DNA from: Eledone cirrhosa
Taxonomy: Eukaryota
Assembly: GCA_964016885.1 (NCBI GenBank)
Contig: OZ024743.1
Coordinates: 127,844,001-127,908,000 of the forward strand
Direction: 5' to 3'
Length of the DNA stretch: 64,000 nt
The stretch's first letter is position 1. Each line of letters starts with the position of its first letter. A model generated the notes under the pieces. The model did not search any database and was not told where the DNA came from. It saw only the letters and a program-made list of their open reading frames with translations. Of this stretch, positions 54,588-64,000 are shown one piece after another. Position numbers and translations under genes: made by a program.

Positions 54588-54729
54588 AATAATTGTTACT
54601 ACTTTAGGCACAAGGCCAGCAATTACCCACTGCATTACTGATACTTTATTTTATGGACCTCGTAAGGATGAAAGGCAAAGTCAATCTCGGCGGGATTTGA
54701 ACTCAGATCGTAAAGGGACGTAACTATGC
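54588..54729 (-). mobile_element. Nin-SINE (truncated)
   Basis: Core and tail. Confidence 0.8.
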
Positions 54730-55128
54730 CAAGAAATAATATATTATTAAATGTTTATCGTAAGCATACATTTAACATATTCCTTAATATACTAATTCTT
54801 AAAGTTATCTCCCCAAATTTTTTGTTTACAATCAAAATTCATATACACGATATATTTCGACTTGCATAACTGTTTAAATATTATATTACTAACCATATAC
54901 AATAATAGATTATACCACATTACTGTACATTTTAAAATATATAATTAGTTTCACATTCTTAAAATATATGTATAAAATACATATCTATAGTTACTTGATC
55001 TCTTACGCTCATTTATAAATCTATGTATATATATACTTAAATACGATGTATATTCACGCATAATCATTTATGTATTAAATAATTATTTATTTTTATTATT
55101 TTCATTAACGATATACAGTAATGTCTTA

Positions 55129-55384
55129 TCTATATATCTAAAACAGAGAATGTCTGTCTGTCTGAAACTCGAGAACCACCCAACCGATTTTTTTCAAACT
55201 TTACACGTGTAATACTTATGGTCGTGTGAGTGTTTTGAGCAAATAATATTTCAAATTTTCGATGCCCTAGGGACCGCATTAGGTGCCAAACGTCGCGCCC
55301 TTATTAATATCTGTCTGCATGTCTGGCTGTCTGCATTACGACATTATGATACTATCTGTGTGTGTGTATATATATGTATATATA

Positions 55385-55441
<57 letters not shown>

Positions 55442-58381
55442 GTTTAAAGTGTTTTGAGCAAAAATGTTTTTCTCATTTTTTGCCCCAGGAACCGCATTAG
55501 GCGAAAAACCGATTTTTAAAGCATTTTGGTTGCGTTAGGGCTTTTAACTCGAGAAGTACCCAACCGATTTTTTTAAAACTTATGTTTAAAAGATTTTCTT
55601 GACTGATAGATGTAACTTTTTCCAAATAAGAAAGTGAGGATATTTTTGTCTACTAAATTTATTTAAAAGATTAAAGATATTTTATTGTTTATTTAAATAT
55701 TCACTTCTTTAACATTTTCCAATGTCAACACTTGGACCAGAAAACAATGGGTGCGCAGTATGGCAGGCCAACCTGTTGATGGGCATCCCGGCATAAAGTT
55801 TGACAGTTGTCTTTGAAGAGTGTACACCGTCCACCCGAATCATCACGAATGCTTCTACCTCCGTCTGCTGCTGCGTGAAGTAAGAGGACAGCAGTCTTTC
55901 CAGGACCTTCGAACAATCAACGATTTCTATGCGGCACGTTTAGGGAAGCCTGTTTCAAACATGGTCTGCTGGAAGATGGTGCATAGTGGGTTGAAACATT
56001 ATTCGAGGCTGCTACTTCGCAATCACCTCAACGGTTCTGTTTGCCGTATTACTTCAAACGTGCGAAATGGGTAATCCAAACTCTTTGTGGCTTAAATATA
56101 GAGATGACCTTTCGGAAGACTACAGACATCAGGCACCATTGCAGTACCCCGATATGGAAGGCACCAGTAAAGAGGTTTACAATTGAGCACTAATTGACCT
56201 AGAGGACAGGATTGTTTCACTTGGTGGAAATGATTTGCCCACATACGGTCTGCCCAAAACACTCCGGTTAGGATTAGACACACTTCCCACAGCTGTTCTA
56301 CGGGAAACGGCTTACGACATAGCCGTTCTTGTCCAATACGTCAATGAAATGGAACCACAACTGCTTCTAGACCAACGCAATGCTTACAACAGTATTGTTG
56401 ACAACGTGCGTCGTCGATCCGGCGGCATGTTCTTCTTAGATTCGCCTGATGGTACTGGGAAAACATTTCAAACCAAAGTCCTCCTCGCGAAAGTTAGACA
56501 ACACGGAGATATCGCGTTAGCTGTAGCCTCATCTGGGATTGCTGCTACTTTGCTGCCAGGTGGTAGAACAGCGCACTCCACATTTAAACTACCCTTGAAT
56601 ATCGTGTCCTCTGAGACGCATTCCTGCAACATCAGTAAGAGTTCCGACCAGGGGCAAGTCCTCCGACGGTGTATTCTTATCGTATGGGATGAGTTCACTA
56701 TGGTTCACAGAGGAGGCCTAGGGGCATTAGATAGAGCCCTGAAGGATATCAGAGACTGTCAGGCTCCAATGGGTGGTGCAACGCTTCTGCTGTCTGGCGA
56801 ATTTAGGCAGACTCTTCCTGTCATTCCTAAAGGCACAAGGGCAGATGAAGTACAAGCGTGTCTTAAGTCCTCACCGTTATGGCGACATGTTACAACTCTC
56901 ACTCTTTCCACTAATATGAGAGCTCGACTTCACGGTGACCAACTGTCTTCCCAGTTTGCTAAAGATGTTTTGACACTTGGCGATGGTAGTGTGCCTGTTA
57001 ACGCGGCAGGGGAAATCGAGATCTGGCCACTTTGTACCGTTGTTTCGTCTATCGAGGAGCTCAAAGACAAAGTATTCCCAAATTTGCAAGAAAACTTCCG
57101 TAACCATAACTGGTTGTGCGATAGGGTAATATTGGCTCCAAAGAACACCGCCGTTAACAAGCTGAACGACCAGCTAACGCTGTCTCTGCCAGGACATCTT
57201 CACATATGCAAGTCCATTGACTCAATGATAGATCATAATGAGGCGGTAAACTATACCACCAAATTTCTCAACTCATTGGACCCTCCAGGTCTTCCTCCAC
57301 ACATATTACGGCTCAAGAAAGGAATTCCAATAATGCTGCTTCGGAATCTGGAGCCACCAAAGCTATGCAACGGCACACGACTGGTTGTAAAAAATTGCTG
57401 CTCCATCTTATCGAGGCTACTATTCTTTCGGGAAGTGGACAAGGAGACGACGTATTCATTCCAGGAGCGGCTATTCCTTTCGGAAGCTTCAATTTCCAAT
57501 TCGTGTCAGCTTTGCAATGTCTATCAACAAATCCCAGGGTCAGACTCTAGCTGTTGCTGATCTTCTTTTGGAAGAGTCATGTTTTTCACACGAGCAACTA
57601 TACGTTGGCTGCTCAAGAGTGGCAAGCAAGACCAATCACTTTGCATATGCCCGACACGGAAGAACAAGGAACATTGTGTACAAGGAGGTGCTACAATCAA
57701 AGCAACAAGAAGAAATGTACGTACTTCCCCTTTTCTTTAACATTCGTGTTGTAATTCTATTCCCAACATACCCTAAATCGCTTCATTTTTTAGGTAGACG
57801 AGGCAGAAGCGGATATACACGATTGGTTTAAGAAGGGCGAGATTGTGTTAGTAGTACGACCAACGGCTGCTATCACACCAACAGCAGCAAAAACAACAAC
57901 AAAAAATAGGGGGAAAGCAATTACATGCTTTTGAAAAATCGTAATGGAAAATTATTTGCTATTCACCCAAGGCGACTTCACTTTTTATTAGGACTTCTGC
58001 ATCAATTGGTGAACATACGATGAAACATTGAAAGGAGTAAGACCACACCACTCTCCGCCACTGCAGTCCCAGATGCAGTGTAACTATTGTTGTAACTATT
58101 GCTTTCATTGTACCATAGCACAACAAATACATGTTCGGTTTGTCGAATGCCTTTTTACTTAACCCTATCGTCTTGGCTTTCGTGGGTTGAACATTTTACT
58201 CTCAGGCACCCAATTAAGTTAAACCCCTGGTAATCTACGACGACTTTTTTTTATAAGCACAAAATGTAGACACCATCCCCAGGCCGAGGTATTCCGTACT
58301 TCTCTGTACTGTTTTCGAAAGGAGGGATAAACATGCCAATCTATGTTTAGAATCCCGAGCAACGCCGGGCCATTCTGCTAG
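55129..58381 (+). mobile_element. Internally deleted Helitron with both termini
   Basis: A|TC at 55129; cccgagcaacgccggg hairpin plus CTAG|T at 58381; Pif1 helicase inside. Confidence 0.92.
55730..57700 (+). pseudogene. Helitron RepHel C-terminal half (Pif1-family SF1B helicase), frameshifted
   Basis: FYLRLLL; FLDSPDGTGKT; VASSGIAATLLPGGRTAHS; VWDE; GEFRQTLPV; CNGTRL; MSINKSQGQT. Confidence 0.92.
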
Positions 58382-58416
58382 TAATATACTACAATACATT
58401 ATATTTATAATTACAA

Positions 58417-58606
58417 GGGCGGTGGAGTGGCAGTATCGGTAGAGGGTCGGACGCCATGCTTTCCAGCATAGTTACGTCCCTTTACGATCTGAGTTCAAAT
58501 CCCGCCGAGGTTGACTTTGCCTTTCATCCTTACGGGGTCGATAAAATAAAGTACCAGTAATGCACTGGATAATTGCTGGCCTTGTGCCTAAAGTAGAAAC
58601 AATTAT
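58417..58606 (+). mobile_element. Full-length Nin-SINE
   Basis: TSD attatatttataattaca. Confidence 0.9.
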
Positions 58607-59137
58607 ATTTATAATTACATTCATAGTATTAAAATATATGTTAAAAATAAATACACTCATATATATAGGTGTAAATACGATGTATATTCAATCACATAAC
58701 CACATACATATTATACTATTATATTATATTGTTGTAATTGTTTTAAAGAATAATAGCTTATTATTTACTACAATACATTATATTTCTCATCTAAATATTA
58801 TAAATACATCAATATTCTTAAAATATATATTAAAAAATAAATAAGTATAATTATGTGATTCCTTCTAAACACATGTATGTTTGGGGTGTATATATCTATA
58901 ACTATCTCTAAAATAAGTCTACAATAATGTTTCACCCTATAACAAACCCATAAACATTATAAATAAGGATTTTTTTTAAATTCATCAAGCGTCTAAATTT
59001 AACAGCTTTTTTCAGGTTTAACATATCCTCATTAACATATATCCCTTGAGTTTTGAATTTTTTCAATCACTATCTTCACTAGGCTTATACCATTAAGTTC
59101 ACATGAAGATATGTCACTATCTTAACACCAAATATTA

Positions 59138-59198
59138 TATTTTATCTGACGAAAGCGTACTTAAATATTAGTACTCTTGAAATACGTATAATAAAATA
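59138..59198 (+). ncRNA. Minimal type I hammerhead ribozyme
   Basis: TATTTTAT-CTGACGA-AAGcGTACT..AGTACtCTT-GAAA-T(ACGT)A-TA-ATAAAATA; perfect 8-bp stem I. Confidence 0.82.
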
Positions 59199-59229
59199 AA
59201 TACGGTTTTATAAAGATATTTTCCATTTA

Positions 59230-59287
<58 letters not shown>

Positions 59288-59291
<4 letters not shown>

Positions 59292-59449
59292 AACGAGTAG
59301 GACCCCGACATTAGTCCAGAATTAGCCGTCGAAACGGCTTGAGCTCAGCCGTCGGGGTCCTACTCGTTCCTATTACCCACTCTACTACCCTAAGTATTGA
59401 GTACTTTGGTGCGTTATGGTCCACCTGGTTCCTTACCACATTCCCTTCG

Positions 59450-59452
<3 letters not shown>
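59288..59452 (+). mobile_element. PLE pLTR fragment with short 5' inversion
   Basis: Matches 6100-6230; aggaacgagtaggaccccgac is inverted within it. Confidence 0.8.
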
Positions 59453-59505
<53 letters not shown>

Positions 59506-59899
59506 TAAAAGAGAAAACACAGGTAAGCTTTAAGAGAAGGATTTTATCCAGGTATTTACGACCGTTTCATTGGTAACTATATATATATATATATATATAT
59601 ATCGACAGTCGATCGACTTTTGTCAAATCGGACCGGACCGAGGAAACAAGGTTCCGTCGGTCTTTCAGGTCCAGGCATCGAACTCACAACTTCACGATTG
59701 CGAATTCAATTCTCTAACTACTCAGCCACATGCCTTCACCGTGTGTGTGTGTGTGTGTGTCTGTGTGTGTATATATATATATGTGTGTGTGTGTATACAT
59801 ACATACATATACATATGCTTAGGTATCTATCTGTGGTTTTGCACTTTCTGATAGAATCTCTTCACATGCTGTAACATCGGTGGGACTGAGTCGTTTCTG

Positions 59900-60540
59900 A
59901 TGCAGTCATAACCCAGGTTGGTTGGTTACATTCTATGGATGACTGAGAACTGCACACCCAAGTTACTGCTATAGAGTCAACTTCATAATGGTGTATGTAA
60001 TATAGGTAGACCATTATTCAGCTATAAAGACAAATTGATATACAATCTTAAATCTGTGAATATACATCTTACTTCTTTTAAAGCCCTAGCTGCTGATCGT
60101 GGAAAATTGAGAACTATCTGCCATGAAGGTATAAATAATTGTTTCTACTTTTGGCACAAGGCCATAAATTACCCAGTACATTACTGGTACTTTATTTTAT
60201 CGACCCCGTAAGGATGAAAGGCAAAGTTAACCTCGGCGGGATTTGAACTCAGACTGCAAAGGGACGTAACTATGCTGGAAAGCATGGCGTCCGGCTCTCT
60301 ACCGATACTGCCAATCCACCGCCCTTAAATTATTTATACCATGAAGGTATAAATAATTTTGACAAATCTTGCTTGATCCCATCTTCCTGATCTAAGATCT
60401 AACAGCAAGATTTGATCAAACCTTCCAACCCACTACACTCAAAATCAAGATGTATTTAGTGCAGATGACAGTCCCATGCACTAAATACAGCTTCATGTGT
60501 AAATCAGCAGCTAGACTAAAGAGGCATTGAATGCATAACT
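59900..60540 (+). mobile_element. RTE LINE 3' remnant interrupted by a SINE
   Basis: YKDKL..LAADRGK.RTICHEGIN. Confidence 0.6.
60135..60324 (-). mobile_element. Full-length Nin-SINE
   Basis: 20-bp TSD ccatgaaggtataaataatt. Confidence 0.9.
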
Positions 60541-60714
60541 ATAAAAAATTGAACCCAGAAGACTGTTGAACCCTCATATGTGGATATATGACAGGTGAGT
60601 CCATCATATATACACACACATATATATATATATACATATATACACATATATATATACATATATATATATATATATGTGTGTGTATGTATGTGTATATATA
60701 TATATGGGTGTATC

Positions 60715-60788
<74 letters not shown>

Positions 60789-60800
60789 CGTGTATGTATG

Positions 60801-60831
<31 letters not shown>

Positions 60832-61226
60832 CACTATCGCTATGTACCCAAGACATTATACATAAATTTATGCTATTTCCAGTGCAAAAATCATGTTCTA
60901 AGTACCTTAGTGCAGAGAGTGACTGACAATAATTATCTAAACATCTTCACAGATTGCCATATTGCTAGCATATATGTCAGATGGTTTCTCTGAGATAGCA
61001 GACGATCTCTCAGATCAACTCTGTAAAGAGCAGCTGTTAGTTGTTTCAACATTCCCGAGGAGATGCATGACTTGTAACATCTTATCTCCATGACAGTCTG
61101 GAAACTATGGCAGCAGAAATAACTTTTTATAGACAGATGATACATGCATATATACACGCTCCTACATACATGCATATATGCATACATACATACATACATA
61201 CATACATGCATACATACATACATGCA

Positions 61227-61257
<31 letters not shown>

Positions 61258-61959
61258 TGCTTACTGCTCTGTAAACAGATACTTGTTGTTTTGGTTTATG
61301 TTTGTTTTATTTGATTGTTTATTGTTTTTTACCTGAAAATCCAACTCATTAACAAAGTTATCCAATTTAACAGTCATTTAGACAATTGCCATCAAGTGTG
61401 GTATCCTCGGTCCCTAGACAGATGTATTCCTCAGCAAAATCAGGAGGAGTGCATCATGCCTGAGGAAGGAACCCTTGTAAGGTGGAATGATTGATGCAGT
61501 GAATGTCACTGGTTGTCCTCTGAAGCAAGGTTTTTACCATCTTGTCTATGGGGCACAACTGAGATATACCACCCAGCCAAGAGTGTAATGTTTGCCCCAT
61601 CCCTTTCCCCTTCCACTTGTTCATTATTTAATTTTTCTTTCGCCCCCTTCCCCCATTTTCTATCTTCTTTCTCTTTATCCGTTTAGTATTATAATTCTCT
61701 TTTTTTTATATTTTCATTATTGTATACTTCTGTTAATAAATAATTACTTGAACCTAAATGTTTAGATAGATACTTCATAGATTTTTGCCTTGCTTCATTT
61801 ATTGGTGACAATTAAAGCTTCCCTCCCACTTCGGTGACGTCTGACCATGGATGGGTAGTTCCTAAAGTGCAAATCTGGGCAAGATGTTTAGTAGAAGACT
61901 AGCAAAACCTCATGACGAGTATAATAACATGTTCATAGTGCAGTCTGAAATATCTTGTC

Positions 61960-63340
61960 AAACCTTACTATGAGGGACTCATTTAAAACAAGAGATGAAT
62001 TCAGTCTATTTATGATAGCCAGGTGCCTGATATTCTTTGTGGAGTCTGGTATATGAAATATAGGATGTGAAATATAGGGACAATGACAGGGAGATTTGGA
62101 GAGGTGGTGGAGGTACTGACTAGAAGAAGAGTGGACACATGTTGTATGCAGGAAACTAAATGTAAGGGAAATGGTGTTATAATTGTGAGAGGAAGACAAG
62201 GATAGAAGTAAAAGTTTGTGTGGAGTGTGTGCATAGTATTGGTGTCTTGATATCTGTAGTTTGTAGAAAGTGTGGTGAGTGAATGGTTGATGATGGGGAA
62301 ACTGGTGATGGGAAAGCTCTTGGTGAATATTATTTCAACTGCGGTGGATTGGCAGTCTCAGTAGAGGGTTGGACGCCATGCTTTGCAGCATGGAGATACG
62401 GCCCTTTACGGTCTGAGTTCAAATCCCGCCGAGGTTAACTTTGCCTTTCATCCTTATGGGGTCGATAAAATAAAGTACCAGTAATGCACTGGGTATTTGC
62501 TGGCCTTGTACCAAAAGTAGAAACAATTATTTCAGTATATCCCCCACAGGTAGATCAGAGTTTTAATGTGCAATATAGAATGTGTTTAAAAAAACATGAA
62601 AGATTAGAAAGTTATCATGATAAGAGGGGATTTGAATGATTTTGAGTGGGCTACAGATATGGTGTAAGGAATGAAATAAGTGAAAGGATTTTGAAATTTG
62701 CTGATGGAGCTAGGATGTCAATCTGTAACATTCAATTTCAAAAAGAAGACAACAAACACATTTCATACACATCAGGTGGGTCATCACTAACTGTCCACTA
62801 GCTGATTGTACATGGGCAAGATAGATGGACCCTTTATGATACAAAGGTGATCCCAGAAGAAGTAATTATTACACAGCACAATCTAGTTGTCTATGATCTG
62901 AGGATGAAAGGTGTGAGGAGAACCTTGTGGAGGAAATATCAACAAAGGCTGGAGGTGTAAAGTTTAAAAGAAACAAAATTGATCGAAGTTCTAAGGGAGA
63001 CACTGAATATGCTAGAAGATGGTACAAATGAACTTGAGAGCACATGGAAGTTTTTGAAAGATGGTCTGTTAGGAACTGTGGGTGACAGTTATAGAAACAA
63101 GTGGACCACCAAGACATTTGAAAATACCATGGTGGAATGATAAGAAAAGGGAAATATTAAGAGAATGTCAAGGAGTGAGGGATATGGTATCAGAAGAGGC
63201 AGTTTATCAGGGCTACAAGGCAGCCAAGGGTGCTGCTAAGAAAGAAGTGTAAATTGCACAAGAGGCATATAGAATAATCGTCTGAGGATGAATGGATTCA
63301 GAGTAGGGTCAGAGAGAAGTATTTAGGATAGTAAAGCAGT

Positions 63341-63434
<94 letters not shown>

Positions 63435-63929
63435 TGATATGACAGGAGTGAACTGCTAGAATAGTAATGAAATGGTAGAAATTGTAGACTTGGATGAAAT
63501 TAAGGAAAAGTGGAAGAGATGTATGGAGAGGTTGTTGACTCTGGAGAATAAATGGGATAGCAACATAGAAAGCAATGAGGACCAGCAGAGTAGGTAGCTG
63601 AAGCAAAGTTGAGGAAGCATTGAGAAAAATGAAGTGTGGAAGGACAGGAAGGCTGACAGGAGTTGTGGGAGATATGTTAAAGGTAGCGGGAAGTTTAGGT
63701 GTGAAGAAGATGAGACTGAAGTGTAAGAAGTGCCATGATTTATAAGAGTAAGATACAGGGAGCAACAGAAAAGGCTGGAAAGAATGGAAATGTGTATGAT
63801 CTGGTAGATGAGTGAAATATTGCGAAAAGAGAGGAAGACAAACAATGAATTGCTGAGGATGAAGGGAATAGAAACTAATGAATGTTATGAAGAGGAATAG
63901 AATGAGATGGTTGGGTCGTTTATTAAGGA
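61960..63929 (+). mobile_element. Degraded RTE-type LINE (endonuclease region plus remnants)
   Basis: TMTGRFGEVVEVL.RRRVDTCCMQETK, ICNIQFQK, TQHNLVV, RMRWLG. Confidence 0.75.
62341..62530 (+). mobile_element. Full-length Nin-SINE inside the LINE
   Basis: TSD attatttca. Confidence 0.88.
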
Positions 63930-64000
63930 ATAATTGTTTCTACGTTAGGCACAAGGCCAGCAATTACCCAGTGCATTACTGGTACTTTATTTTATCGACC
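63930..64000 (-). mobile_element. Nin-SINE 3' end (runs off the window)
   Basis: Tail and part of the core. Confidence 0.8.

Noticed and set aside
56235-57560. Cellular PIF1 gene
   Set aside because: Intronless, frameshifted and enclosed by Helitron TC/CTAG termini
60933-61130. Possible upstream host exon
   Set aside because: No donor site or recognisable domain; more like degraded LINE sequence

Overview
AT-rich eukaryotic DNA, saturated with repeats and microsatellites. The (TA)n/(CA)n/(CATA)n tracts and Nin-domain tRNA SINEs suggest an octopod cephalopod (inference). Most of the window is transposon-derived: Penelope-like elements (PLEs; GIY-YIG/RT remnants with inverted pseudo-LTRs), RTE, Tx1/L1 and R4/Dong-like LINEs, Helitrons, a hAT MITE and about 20 SINE copies. 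A host gene runs on the minus strand: two atypical LDL-receptor class A exons, an EB/EGF-like exon and a probable terminal exon. The most notable signal is about 20 hammerhead ribozyme motifs from roughly ten sequence families, found by eye. They include minimal forms, U3-A8 and U4C core variants and long-stem-II forms, and most lie in fold-back or inverted-repeat PLE termini inserted in (TA)n. All calls are manual, with no database searches; TE boundaries are approximate (about +/-20 bp).
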